This document shows, piece by piece, positions 9,583 through 19,594 of a DNA stretch of 64,000 nt. This DNA comes from Verrucomicrobiaceae bacterium. Its GTDB lineage: Bacteria; Verrucomicrobiota; Verrucomicrobiia; Verrucomicrobiales; Akkermansiaceae. A program made the position numbers and the translations under genes. The notes under the pieces were generated by a model that was not told the DNA's origin, searched no databases, and saw only the letters and a list, made by a program, of their open reading frames with translations. Location: assembly GCA_051252135.1 (NCBI GenBank), contig JBPOGH010000018.1, forward strand, positions 28,471 to 92,470, written 5' to 3'. Numbering within the stretch: the stretch's first letter is position 1; every line of letters starts with the position of its first letter.

Positions 9583-10020
9583 ATGAAAATATTATTAGGA
9601 CTGTTTTTCTCGGTGCCTCTTTGTTTTGCGAGAGTTAGTAAAGATGACATGTTGGTTCATTATTTCTCCACTTCAGAAACAATAGCTCATATTGTATACA
9701 AAAATAACGAGGGAAATAAAGACCACGACCTTCTGAAGTCGGAACTACGAGCTGCGGTGAATGCGGCATTTCAAATATTCATCTTACATGAAAATTTTTC
9801 AAGTTCACAGAAGAATAAAGACGAGAAAAATTACAAAACGTTCATAACTAGCTTCCTTCGTTCTATCCCAGAGAAAGAAATTGTATCTTTTTTCTCAAGT
9901 CAACTTGACCCTAATAGTTGGGATGATGAAAATATCAAATTAGACTGGTCGATTGACCAGTATTCAAAGGAGAGATTTAATAAGGATTTCAAGGATTTTT
10001 TAAGTCTCCGCAAGTTGTAA
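9583..10020 (+). CDS. Putative secreted orphan immunity protein
   Basis: AT-rich; signal peptide MKILLGLFFSVPLCFA. Confidence 0.55.
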   Translation: MKILLGLFFSVPLCFARVSKDDMLVHYFSTSETIAHIVYKNNEGNKDHDLLKSELRAAVNAAFQIFILHENFSSSQKNKDEKNYKTFITSFLRSIPEKEIVSFFSSQLDPNSWDDENIKLDWSIDQYSKERFNKDFKDFLSLRKL

Positions 10021-10085
10021 CGCACTAAATTGATATCGGGCCGGGTTTCCGGTAGGGGAAACGATGAGCCTGGTTGGGCTGAGGG

Positions 10086-11048
10086 TCAGGGCTGGATGTG
10101 GGGGGAGGAGGAGAGGAGGGAGCGGGCTTGGGTGAGGACTTCGTCGACGGAGATGTTTTGCATGCAGCGGTGGTCGAGGGGGCATTTGTCGAGGAGGCAG
10201 CCGCTGCAGGCGACGTGGTGACGGATGAGGCCGTGGGCTTTGCCGAGGGGGCGTTTCCAGTCGGGCTCGTTGGGGCCGAAGAGGACGAGGGCGGTGGTTC
10301 CCACGTGGGCGGCGAGGTGGGGGAGGGCGCCGTCGTTTCCGATGAGGAGGTGGCAGGAGGCGAGGGTGTCGAGGAGGGTTTCGGTATCGTCGCCGGTGAG
10401 GGTGGCGTTGCGTCCGAGGGATTTGGCGAGTTGTTTGGCGGGGCCGGGTTTTCCGGGGGAGGGGAGGATGAGGAGTTCGCAGTCCTGGAGGCGTTGGGCG
10501 AGGGAGGTGAAGCGGTCGAGGGGCCATTCGGCGGCGGGGCCGAAGTCGGATCCGGGGGCGATGGCGATGCGGAGGTTGTGGGGGAGCGGGGGGCGGGTCG
10601 GGGTCTGGAAGTTGATGGCATCGAAGGCTTGCGCGCCCATTTTTTCGACGAAGAAGAGGTAGAATTTGACGCGGTGCTCGATGGGGCCGATGGGGATTTC
10701 GACCTTGATGGAGTGGGTGAGGAGTTTGGCGAGTTTGTCGGCGGGGGGGCCGTTGCGTTTGGCGATGTCGGCTTTGGCGAAAGCGATGGCGGCGGGGCCG
10801 GGCTCCCAGGCGATGGAGTGTGCGAAGCGGGAGGCGTCCTTGGCGAGCTTGCGGGCGGATCCGGTGTGGGGGATGACCTGGGAGACTTCGGGGACGCGGA
10901 GCCAGAGGGGGGCGATCTCCTCGAGGGCGGTGACGGTGATGGGGATGCCGGGGTTGGCGTGGTGGAGGGCGCGGACGGCGGGGACGCTGAAGCAGGCTTC
11001 CTCGAAGGAATCGGGCGAGGCGATGATGGTGTCTCCGGCAAGTGGCAT
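10086..11048 (-). CDS. Glycosyltransferase family 9 (LPS heptosyltransferase-like)
   Basis: IAPGSDFGPAAEWP, LIGNDGALPHLAA..GT..LVLFGP and C..C....CP.DHRCM. Confidence 0.85.
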   Translation of the reverse strand: MPLAGDTIIASPDSFEEACFSVPAVRALHHANPGIPITVTALEEIAPLWLRVPEVSQVIPHTGSARKLAKDASRFAHSIAWEPGPAAIAFAKADIAKRNGPPADKLAKLLTHSIKVEIPIGPIEHRVKFYLFFVEKMGAQAFDAINFQTPTRPPLPHNLRIAIAPGSDFGPAAEWPLDRFTSLAQRLQDCELLILPSPGKPGPAKQLAKSLGRNATLTGDDTETLLDTLASCHLLIGNDGALPHLAAHVGTTALVLFGPNEPDWKRPLGKAHGLIRHHVACSGCLLDKCPLDHRCMQNISVDEVLTQARSLLSSSPHIQP

Positions 11049-11192
11049 TGCGGGGGAGTGTGCCTTTTGGGTGGGTGGGTGAAAATGCTTATTTCGGGGA
11101 AGGGGAAAAGGTGTGAGAGTGGTTGAGAATTTGCGTGATTCCCCTGAATTCCTGACTTATGGAAGCGGGCAATTCTGTTTCCACCGACGATT

Positions 11193-12731
11193 ATGTCCAC
11201 TCTCCAAGATCCCGCCGAGCACCAGTTGATGGTCCGGCCTCTCCGTCCCGAAGATGCCGCCGATGTGCGTCGGATTTCGGAGTCGGTGTATGCGCGTATC
11301 AATTCAAGCTGGAGCGAGAAGTCGTTTTTGGAATTGGTGGGGAAGTTTCCGGAGGGTCAGGTGGGGGTGGAGAACCACGGGGTGATCATCGCCTTCGCGT
11401 TCTCATTGATTGTGGATTACGACAAGTACGGAGATAACCATACTTATGACGGGATCACGGGTGACTTCACCTTTTCGACGCATGATGCGGAGGGGGATGT
11501 GCTGTATGGGATCGAGGTGTGTGTGGACCCGGAGTATCAGGGGTTGCGTCTGGGGCGGCGGCTGTATGATGCGCGCAAGGAGGTGTGCGAGGCGTTGAAT
11601 CTGAGGGCGATTGTGGCGGGGGGGCGGATGCCGAATTACGGGAAGCACAAGGAGCTGACGCCGCGGCAGTACATTGACCAGGTGCGGCGGAAGGAGATTT
11701 ATGATCCGGTGCTGACCTTTCAGCTGAGCAACGACTTCCGGGTGAAGCGGGTGTTGACGGATTATCTGACGGCGGACACGGAATCCAAGGCGTATGCGAC
11801 GCTGCTGGAGTGGATCAACATTTCCTATCAGCCGAAGCCGAATCCGCTGGGGCAGAAATCGGTGGTGCGTCTGGGGGTGGTGCAGCTGGAGATGCGGACG
11901 ATGGCGAATGTGGAGGCCTTTTATGAGCAGATCGAGTTCTACATTGATGCGGTGAGCGGCTACAAAGCGGACTTCATTTGTTTTCCGGAGTATGTCGATG
12001 CGCCCTTGATGGCGGCTTACAATGCGGACGGTCCTCCGGGGGCGATCCGGAAGTTGGCGGGGCATACGGAGGAGATTCGCAATTTCTTCATCAAGAAGGC
12101 GGTGGAGTATAACATCAACATCATCTCGGGAAGCATGCCGCTTTATGAGAACGAGCGGCTCTACAATGTGACGTACCTGTGTCGTCGTGACGGCTCGCAT
12201 GAGATGCAGCGGAAGATTCACATCACACCGACGGAGCAGGATGACTGGGGGATGATCGGGGGGGATGAGGTGAAGGTGTTTGATACCGATGCGGGACGGG
12301 TGGCGATGTTGATTTGTTATGATTCCGAGTTCCCGGAGTTGAGCCGTCATTTGGCGGACCAGGGGGTGCAGATTTTGTTTATTCCTTTCTGCACGGACAC
12401 CTCGGCGGGGTATCATCGGGTGCGGTATTGTTCGCAGGCGCGGGCGATCGAGAACGAGTGTTATGTGGCGATTGCGGGGAGCGTGGGGAACCTGCCGAAG
12501 GTGGTGAACATGGACATCCAGTATGCGCAGTCGGCGGTGTTTTCACCAAGTGACTTTGCGTTTCCGAACAAGGCGATTGTGACGGAGGCGACGAACAATA
12601 CGGAGACGACGTTGATTGCCGATATTGATCTCAGTGATTTGGCGAACCTGCATGCGCGGGGAAGCGTGCGGAACCTCAAGCAGCGGCGGAAGGATCTGTA
12701 TTCCATCGACTGGAAGAAGAATCAGAGTTGA
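11193..12731 (+). CDS. GNAT acetyltransferase / carbon-nitrogen hydrolase fusion
   Basis: VDPEYQGLRLGRRLY acetyl-CoA motif; nitrilase triad FPEY, KIHITP, ICYDSEFPE. Confidence 0.9.
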   Translation: MSTLQDPAEHQLMVRPLRPEDAADVRRISESVYARINSSWSEKSFLELVGKFPEGQVGVENHGVIIAFAFSLIVDYDKYGDNHTYDGITGDFTFSTHDAEGDVLYGIEVCVDPEYQGLRLGRRLYDARKEVCEALNLRAIVAGGRMPNYGKHKELTPRQYIDQVRRKEIYDPVLTFQLSNDFRVKRVLTDYLTADTESKAYATLLEWINISYQPKPNPLGQKSVVRLGVVQLEMRTMANVEAFYEQIEFYIDAVSGYKADFICFPEYVDAPLMAAYNADGPPGAIRKLAGHTEEIRNFFIKKAVEYNINIISGSMPLYENERLYNVTYLCRRDGSHEMQRKIHITPTEQDDWGMIGGDEVKVFDTDAGRVAMLICYDSEFPELSRHLADQGVQILFIPFCTDTSAGYHRVRYCSQARAIENECYVAIAGSVGNLPKVVNMDIQYAQSAVFSPSDFAFPNKAIVTEATNNTETTLIADIDLSDLANLHARGSVRNLKQRRKDLYSIDWKKNQS

Positions 12732-13285
12732 AGGAAGTGATCGGGCTGGTGGAAGTCCGGCTCTGCGCCGGGGAGGGGGGCGGCGGTGAAAAAGCGCTGC
12801 CGGGGTGATCCGAGGATGAAGGTGACGTTGAGGCGGGCGTCGGTGAGGGGGGGGAGTTGGTGGAGGGGGATGGAGGCCATGGCGCGCCAGCCGGAGGGGA
12901 AGATTTTTGCGACGGTCTCGACTCCATGCAGGGGCGGGAGGTCGAGGGGGTTGCGGGGAGAGTTGAAGAAGGAGGACCACCAGGAGCCGTTTGGGGCGAG
13001 ATTGAACTCGAGGTAGGAGCCGTCGGGGGAGGCGAGGAAGAACTCGGCGAGATCGAACTTCCAGAGCTCGAGCTGGAATTTGCCGGGGCGGGCATCGGGG
13101 TGGATGACGGGGGTGATTTGGTCACCGGCGAGGAAGTGGAAGTGGGTTGGGGAGAGGAGGCACTGGAAACGGGGAAGGTGACAGGATGACGCGCCAAACC
13201 AGTCGGATTTGAGGGGGGCGTCGCCGTCGATGAGAGAGTCCAGATTGGGGAAGCCGGAGGTATTGCGGAGCGCGATATGGGCCAT
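12722..13285 (-). CDS. Hypothetical protein (DOMON-like/CBM9-like)
   Basis: LWKFDLAEFFL...YLEFNLAPNGSWW and PDFH motifs. Confidence 0.65.
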   Translation of the reverse strand: MAHIALRNTSGFPNLDSLIDGDAPLKSDWFGASSCHLPRFQCLLSPTHFHFLAGDQITPVIHPDARPGKFQLELWKFDLAEFFLASPDGSYLEFNLAPNGSWWSSFFNSPRNPLDLPPLHGVETVAKIFPSGWRAMASIPLHQLPPLTDARLNVTFILGSPRQRFFTAAPLPGAEPDFHQPDHFLQL

Positions 13286-13383
13286 GAATCAGAGATATTT
13301 CGGTGGAATTAATTATTTTCCAACTAATTAGAGAGAAATTCGCTCGCCTTGCGTAAAGTGTTTAGTTATTCCCACCCCAACCC

Positions 13384-14115
13384 ATGAGACACAATCCGAT
13401 TGAATACGTCGGCGCCGCGCCAATGAAGAAGAAGCGGCGTAACCCTCTGGGCGGTTGGCTTTTAGTGGCATTTGCGCTGATTTTGGGGGGAGTTTTCCTC
13501 CGTCCGCTGCTTCCATTTCTCCAGGCCCAGCAGGATTTGACCTCTGCGGGGAATCTTACGGAGGCCCTTGAGAACCTTGAAAGTGATGGTCGTTTTGGCT
13601 CACTTTTAGCGGCTCAGGCGCTTCTTCGGACGAAAGCCGAACTGACCTACGACGAGGCTTATTACACGATTGATTTCCCGAACGGCGATGTGCCGGCAGA
13701 CAAGGGAAACCGCGCTGATGTGGTGGTGCGGGCATACCGTGGTGTGGGCATTGATCTCCAGGAGGAGGTGAATGAGGACATGACGAAGAATTTCCGTCTT
13801 TATCCCCAGATTTATCGACGCAAGGGTGCTGACTCGAACATTGATCACCGTTTGGTGAACAATCTGGAGCGTTTTTTCTCTCGAAAGGGAGAGAGCTATC
13901 CTGTGTCAAACAACGAGGATCCGCTTGATTACAATGTGGGGGATATCGTGATCTGGCGTCTTGCTGACGCGCAGAAGCATATTGGCATCGTTGTCCCCGG
14001 TCCCGGGGCGAAGAAGACCGAGAAGTGGATTGTCCACAACATGATCGGCAGTCCGGTGTGGGAGGATCGCCTCCTTGATTACAAGATCATCGGGCACTAT
14101 CGCTACGCGAAGTAA
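13384..14115 (+). CDS. DUF1287 (YijF-like) protein
   Basis: YD.AY..I.FPNGDVP..G..ADVVVRAYR..GIDLQ, DSNIDHR and HIGIV. Confidence 0.85.
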   Translation: MRHNPIEYVGAAPMKKKRRNPLGGWLLVAFALILGGVFLRPLLPFLQAQQDLTSAGNLTEALENLESDGRFGSLLAAQALLRTKAELTYDEAYYTIDFPNGDVPADKGNRADVVVRAYRGVGIDLQEEVNEDMTKNFRLYPQIYRRKGADSNIDHRLVNNLERFFSRKGESYPVSNNEDPLDYNVGDIVIWRLADAQKHIGIVVPGPGAKKTEKWIVHNMIGSPVWEDRLLDYKIIGHYRYAK

Positions 14116-14127
14116 GCTTGATTTTTT

Positions 14128-15312
14128 TTACTCGGTGCGAGAGCGGGGGCCCTTTGGGTCGATGCGGATTACGGGTGTCCGGAAGAAGGCTTTTCGTGAG
14201 GCGGTGGACGGTGTTCCGGCCGGAGCATCGGGGAGTTCCTGACCGGGTTTCATGTCGAGGAGGGCTTGGTCGGTGAAGGCGTGCATGAGGGCGACGAGGT
14301 CGTCGATTTCCTGATCGGATAGTCCGAGGTCGCCCATGTCGTCGTGATTGACGGTGTCGGGGTAGTCGGTGGGGCCCCAGCGGTCTTTTTCGAGGTTGCG
14401 CTTGTTGTAGAATTCCATGACTTCGCGGAGGGTGGCGATGGATCCGTTGTGGAGGTAGGGGGCGGTGAGGGCGACGTTTCTGAGGGAGGGGACTTTGAAT
14501 TGGCCGAGTTCGTCGGGCTTGCCGGTGACGGCTCCGAGGCCGGGGTCTTTTTGGCCGAGGGAAGGGGCGCCCAGGTTATCGTAGCCGTAGTCGCTGAGGA
14601 GGGGTTCGAGCCAGGCGCCGCTGCCGGTGAGGTGGCATTTGGAGCATTGGGCGCCGGTTTGGAAGATATCGAGACCGCGCTTTTGGGCGTCGGTGAGGGC
14701 GTTTTTGTTTCCGGCCCAGAAGGCATCGATGGGGGCGTTGAAGGGGCGGAAGTGGGGTTCGCGCAGGAAGGCGACGAGGGCCCGGTAGGCGAGGGCGGTG
14801 ACTTTGGTGTCGTCTTTTGAATCCGGTTCGCCGAGGGAATTTTTGATGGTGTTGGCGTAGGGGGCATTGCGAAGCCGGTCGGCGAGGGCGGCTTCATCCG
14901 GGAGATTCATTTCATTGGAGTCGAAGAAGGGTTGTTTGACTTGATCGATGAGGAGGTGGGAGCGGCCGTCGAGGAAGTAGCCGCCTTCGATGATGAAGCT
15001 TTCTTCGCCGTTTTCATCGTAGATGTCCTCGAGGGTGAGAGGAGGGATGAGGGCGGCGTACATGAGTGAGGGCGCGTTGCGGCGTCCTTTTTTCCCTTCC
15101 ACAGCGCCGGGGGAGACGGGGCGGGGGTCGGCGAAGGCGTGGTCCGGTTGGTGGCAGGAGACGCAGCCTTGTCCGGCGGGTTGGGAGAGGGAGGTGTCGA
15201 AGAAGATTTTTTTTCCGAGGTCGGCGAGAGGGGGGACTTCGGCGGAGGCGTTGCCGAGGCCCAGCGCGAGAACGAGTCCGGCAAGGGAACGGCAGGTGAG
15301 GGAAGCAGTCAT
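14128..15312 (-). CDS. Di-haem cytochrome c peroxidase / MauG family protein
   Basis: Signal peptide; CVSCH and CSKCH; RNAPSL; FKVPSLRNVALTAPYLHNG. Confidence 0.9.
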   Translation of the reverse strand: MTASLTCRSLAGLVLALGLGNASAEVPPLADLGKKIFFDTSLSQPAGQGCVSCHQPDHAFADPRPVSPGAVEGKKGRRNAPSLMYAALIPPLTLEDIYDENGEESFIIEGGYFLDGRSHLLIDQVKQPFFDSNEMNLPDEAALADRLRNAPYANTIKNSLGEPDSKDDTKVTALAYRALVAFLREPHFRPFNAPIDAFWAGNKNALTDAQKRGLDIFQTGAQCSKCHLTGSGAWLEPLLSDYGYDNLGAPSLGQKDPGLGAVTGKPDELGQFKVPSLRNVALTAPYLHNGSIATLREVMEFYNKRNLEKDRWGPTDYPDTVNHDDMGDLGLSDQEIDDLVALMHAFTDQALLDMKPGQELPDAPAGTPSTASRKAFFRTPVIRIDPKGPRSRTE

Positions 15313-15372
15313 CGCAATGTGCCGATTGATACGAGGAGATTGCGGGGGACCTTCCAGCGGGGGCGGGATTGA

Positions 15373-16386
15373 TTACTCCGGCCTTTCGACGGGGGCTTCG
15401 AGAGTTTCCGGAGAGGCCTCGATGGTGGCGCTGTTGAAGAGCATGCCGCCAAACATGCCGGCGTTCTTGGATTCGAGGTGTTGGCGATATTGAGCGAGTT
15501 GGTCCTGGTCGAGGACGGGAGTGAGGGCGGTGACTTTTTCGTCGATGCGCTTGTCCATGGCGGCTTTCATGATGGCGGCCGGGTCGCCCTCGGGTTCGTT
15601 GCCCTCCATTTGTTGTGCCATGATGTCTCCGAGTCCGAGGTCATCGAAATCCATTTCGACGCCGAATCCATCGCCGATGAGGCTCATCATGGCGGAGGCA
15701 CTGGAGGGTTTCTTTTCGGCGGTCTCGGCCTGTTCGTAGAGGATTTCCATGACGGCGTCCTTTTGATCATCCCGGAGGTCGAGGAAGCTGAGTTTGGAAA
15801 GGCTTTTGAGGGCGCGGGATTCGACACGGTTGTCATGTTCCCGTTGTTTGAGGGCATCGTATGCCTCCTTTTGCTCGGGAGATAGCATGGCGGCGAGGGG
15901 CTCATCGAGAGCGGTGCCATTCATGAGGGCGGCGAGGTCTTCGGCGGCCTTGACGGCGTCATCGCCTCCAGTTCCCATGAGTGATTCGAAATCGAGGTCG
16001 TCATTCCAGAGGGCCTTAAGTTGGTCGGCTTGAGCGGGAGTGAGGCTGAGCTCTTTGACCAACTTGGCGATGCGGGCATCGAACTTATCGCGCTGCCTTT
16101 TCTTGAGCATCTTGGAAAATTGGTCCTGATGGGCGTCCACTTGCTCCGCAATTTCCGGGTCCATGGAGTCGTCGGCAGTGTGATGGGCTTCGTCGCGGAT
16201 CGCGGTTTTGGAGGGGCGCGAATCCGCGGAGTCGGGGCGTTGGGTCACAGAGGAAGGATTGTCACCGGTATTGACGACGACCTTGCTTTCTTCGGGGGCT
16301 TGGGCGGTGGAGGTGGGTTTGCCGAACCATCCGGCGGCGAAGCCGAGGGCGATTCCGCCAAGGGCGGCGAGTGCGGTGTTTTTCAT
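15373..16386 (-). CDS. Hypothetical membrane-anchored helical protein
   Basis: Long ORF with N-terminal hydrophobic helix and LTPAQ/LSPEQ repeats. Confidence 0.7.
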   Translation of the reverse strand: MKNTALAALGGIALGFAAGWFGKPTSTAQAPEESKVVVNTGDNPSSVTQRPDSADSRPSKTAIRDEAHHTADDSMDPEIAEQVDAHQDQFSKMLKKRQRDKFDARIAKLVKELSLTPAQADQLKALWNDDLDFESLMGTGGDDAVKAAEDLAALMNGTALDEPLAAMLSPEQKEAYDALKQREHDNRVESRALKSLSKLSFLDLRDDQKDAVMEILYEQAETAEKKPSSASAMMSLIGDGFGVEMDFDDLGLGDIMAQQMEGNEPEGDPAAIMKAAMDKRIDEKVTALTPVLDQDQLAQYRQHLESKNAGMFGGMLFNSATIEASPETLEAPVERPE

Positions 16387-16503
16387 GATCAAACGGGGTG
16401 TGGGAATAAGAGGGAGGCGCTGTTTGCTGAGCGGGATGTGGGATGGGATTTGTCTTTTCTGACAGCTTGTTTGGGGAGCTTATTTCCCTAGGCTGCAGAA
16501 TCC

Positions 16504-17277
16504 ATGATGAAAGTGTTCCTTTTTCTCTTCCTGTTGCCGGTGATTCTTCCGGTGGAAGGACGACCGCTCAAGATGGTATCCTATAACATTCACCACGGGG
16601 AGGGGATGGATGGGAAGGTGGATCTGAAGCGGATTGCGGAACTGATAGCGAAGGAGAAGCCGGACTTGGTGGCCTTGCAGGAAGTGGATTGCCGGTGTGA
16701 GCGGAGCGGGGGAGTGGATCAGGCGGCGGTGTTGGGTGAACTGCTCAAGATGGATCATCGTTTTGGGAAGTTTATGGATTTTCAGGGAGGGGAGTACGGG
16801 ATGGCGGTGCTTTCGCGTTTTCCAATTGAGAAGACGATGGTTCATGAGTTGCCGAGGGGGGCGGAGCCGCGGTGTGCGCTGGAGATTGTGGTGAAGCCGG
16901 AAGGGTGGGGGACGGCGGTTTCCTTTGTGGGGATTCATCATGATTGGACGGAGGAGAAATTTCGGGTGGCGCAGGTGAAGGGGTTGATCGAGGGGGTGGG
17001 AGAGCGCGGGCACCCGGTGTTTTTGGCGGGGGATTTCAATGAGGAACCGGGCGGGGGATCGCTGGGTTTGCTGAAGGACTCGGGTTGGGTGATGTTGCGG
17101 AAGAAGCCGGCGAAGACGTGGCCGGCGGTTGAGCCGACGCAGGAGATCGATTTCTTTTTCGCGATTGGGTTGGAGGCGGTTGAATTCGACGATCGGGTGT
17201 TGGAAGAGAAAGTGGCGTCCGATCATCGGCCGATTGCGGTCAAAGTTTCTGTGAGTTCAAAAGAGGCGAAGCCGTAA
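16504..17277 (+). CDS. Endonuclease/exonuclease/phosphatase family protein
   Basis: SYNIHH, DLVALQEVD, GDFN, IDFFF and SDHRP. Confidence 0.9.
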   Translation: MMKVFLFLFLLPVILPVEGRPLKMVSYNIHHGEGMDGKVDLKRIAELIAKEKPDLVALQEVDCRCERSGGVDQAAVLGELLKMDHRFGKFMDFQGGEYGMAVLSRFPIEKTMVHELPRGAEPRCALEIVVKPEGWGTAVSFVGIHHDWTEEKFRVAQVKGLIEGVGERGHPVFLAGDFNEEPGGGSLGLLKDSGWVMLRKKPAKTWPAVEPTQEIDFFFAIGLEAVEFDDRVLEEKVASDHRPIAVKVSVSSKEAKP

Positions 17278-17281
17278 GAGG

Positions 17282-18781
17282 ATGGTGAGGTTTCTATTGG
17301 CTTTGATTCTTTGTCCCCTGATGGCGGTGTTTGGGGGGACGCCTGTTTTGAATGACGGGACGCCGACGGTGGTGTTGAGCTTTCGGCAGCCGACGGTGGA
17401 GGAGGCGGTGAGGTTTACTTCGGCGACTCTTTCCCTGAAGGGGACGACTGATTTTTCGGAGGTGGCTGAGATCGCGCTGATTCACCACCGGGGCGGGGGG
17501 AATCGGGAATTTGGTCGGGTGTCGGAGGTGGGGGAGAGGGTGACGTTTTCAGGGGAAATGGATTTCACGCCGGGGAATCATCTTTTTCTGGTGGAGGTGA
17601 AAATGAAGAAGGGGGCCAATCTTGATCACAAGATCGGGGTGGTGGTGGAGTCGATGAGTGACAGCGACGGGAAGGTTTACCGGCCGAAGGGGGAAGCCCT
17701 GCAGAGGTTGGCTTACCCGATTCATCATCAGGGGCAGTTTGATTGCCATACGTTCCGCATCCCGGGAATCGCGAGGGCGAAGGACGGCTCGTTGCTGGCG
17801 GTCTATGACCTGCGGTATCGGTCGAGCCGTGATCTCCAGGGGCACATGGATATCGGGTTATCGCGCTCAAGGGATGGCGGGCGGAGCTGGAGTGATCCGC
17901 GGCCGATCATGGATATGGGGGGGTATGGCGGGAAGCCGGAGGATGAGAACGGGTGTTCCGATCCGTGTATTTTGTTGGATGAGGAGACGGGCGAGATTTT
18001 TGTGTTTGCGGTGTGGACGCATGGGCGGCCGGGGACTCACCAGTGGCATGGGACGGGATCGATGCCGGGGTTGGGATTGGATGTTTCATCCCAGTTCATG
18101 ATGGTGAAATCCGAGGACCATGGGGTGAGCTGGAGTCAGCCGGTGAATCTGACGGGGATGGTGAAGGATCCGGCGTGGTATCTTTTTGCGCCTGCGCCGG
18201 GGAACGGGATCACGTTGAAGGATGGGACGTTGGTGATTCCGAGTCAGGGTCGAGATGCGAAGGGGCTTCCATTTTCAAACATCATGTATTCCAAGGATCA
18301 TGGGAAGAGCTGGACGGTGTCGGCTCCGGCGCGGACGAATACGACGGAGTGTGCGGTGGTGGAATTGGCGGACGGGGCGTTGATGTTGAACATGCGGGAC
18401 AACCGGAACCGGAAGGATCAATCGGGGACGAACGGGCGGGCGGTATCGGTGACGCGTGATTTGGGGGCGACGTGGGAGGTGCATGCGACGGACCATGGGG
18501 CATTGCCGGAACCGGTGTGCATGGCGAGTTTGATCAGGCATGGGGAGTTGTTGTTGTTTTCGAACCCGAAGCACAAATCGTCGCGGACTAATATCACGGT
18601 GCGGGTGAGTGCGGATGGCGGGTTGAGCTGGGGGCATGAGCTCCTTTTGGATTCGGCGGGAACGGGCTACGGATATTCCTCGCTGGTGATGGTGGATGAG
18701 AAGACGGTGGGAATTCTTTATGAATCCTCGCAAGCGGACCTGATTTTTCAGAGGATTCCCCTTACCGATTTGATCAAATGA
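17282..18781 (+). CDS. Sialidase (GH33)
   Basis: FRIP motif; Asp-boxes [37 protein letters not shown]. Confidence 0.9.
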   Translation: MVRFLLALILCPLMAVFGGTPVLNDGTPTVVLSFRQPTVEEAVRFTSATLSLKGTTDFSEVAEIALIHHRGGGNREFGRVSEVGERVTFSGEMDFTPGNHLFLVEVKMKKGANLDHKIGVVVESMSDSDGKVYRPKGEALQRLAYPIHHQGQFDCHTFRIPGIARAKDGSLLAVYDLRYRSSRDLQGHMDIGLSRSRDGGRSWSDPRPIMDMGGYGGKPEDENGCSDPCILLDEETGEIFVFAVWTHGRPGTHQWHGTGSMPGLGLDVSSQFMMVKSEDHGVSWSQPVNLTGMVKDPAWYLFAPAPGNGITLKDGTLVIPSQGRDAKGLPFSNIMYSKDHGKSWTVSAPARTNTTECAVVELADGALMLNMRDNRNRKDQSGTNGRAVSVTRDLGATWEVHATDHGALPEPVCMASLIRHGELLLFSNPKHKSSRTNITVRVSADGGLSWGHELLLDSAGTGYGYSSLVMVDEKTVGILYESSQADLIFQRIPLTDLIK

Positions 18782-19488
18782 TGAAGATTTTCGTACTACT
18801 TGCACTTGTTCTGCCGTTGTCCGCCCAGGAGGTTCCCCAATGGACTTCTCTTTTTAACGGGAAGGATCTGACCCATTGGGTGGATGTGAATACGTCACCG
18901 GATACGTGGCAGGTGAAGGACGGGCTTCTGGTGTGCACGGGGAAGCCGATCGGGGTGATGCGGTCGGTGAAGCAGTATGAGAATTTTGTGCTTCATATCG
19001 AGTGGCGGCACATGGAGGCGGGGGGGAATTCGGGGGTTTTTGTGTGGAGTGAGGGGACGGTTCCGGAGGGGAAGCGGCTGCCGAAGGGGATGGAGGTGCA
19101 GATGCTTGAGCTGGAGTGGCCGAAGCTGAACCCGAAGCGGGACGGGTCGCCAAACGATCGGAGGTATGTGTCGGGGGAGCTTTTTGGAGCCAATGGGCTC
19201 ACGGCGACGCCGGATCATCCAAGGGGGAGCCGGAGTTCTTCGGTGGAGTATCGCTGTAAGGGGAAGGGTGAGTGGAATACGTATCAGGTGGTTTGTGTGG
19301 ACGGGACGGTGAAGCTTTCGATCAACGGGAAGTTCGTGAACAGCATTCGTGATTCCTCGGTGAAGAAGGGTTATCTTTGTCTGGAGTCCGAGGGGGCTGA
19401 GATTCACTTCCGGAATATCAGGATCATGGAGCTGCCTCCGGGGGTGACGACTCCCGGGCAGGTTGCGCCGGTGGTGGAAGCCGATTGA
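18778..19488 (+). CDS. DUF1080 (3-keto-disaccharide hydrolase-like) protein
   Basis: [24 protein letters not shown] and FRNIRI. Confidence 0.88.
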   Translation: MMKIFVLLALVLPLSAQEVPQWTSLFNGKDLTHWVDVNTSPDTWQVKDGLLVCTGKPIGVMRSVKQYENFVLHIEWRHMEAGGNSGVFVWSEGTVPEGKRLPKGMEVQMLELEWPKLNPKRDGSPNDRRYVSGELFGANGLTATPDHPRGSRSSSVEYRCKGKGEWNTYQVVCVDGTVKLSINGKFVNSIRDSSVKKGYLCLESEGAEIHFRNIRIMELPPGVTTPGQVAPVVEAD

Positions 19489-19536
19489 GGGGGAGTCAAT
19501 TTTCTGCGCTGTCCCAGCCGAGGTGGTGGGGCAAAA

Positions 19537-19569
19537 GAAAAACCCGAAGCCATGGGCTCCGGGTTTTTC
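19537..19569. terminator. Bidirectional intrinsic terminator
   Basis: GAAAAACCCG..GCC ATG GGC..CGGGTTTTTC hairpin between convergent genes. Confidence 0.75.
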
Positions 19570-19594
19570 AATTTATGATCTGGTTAGAGATGGA

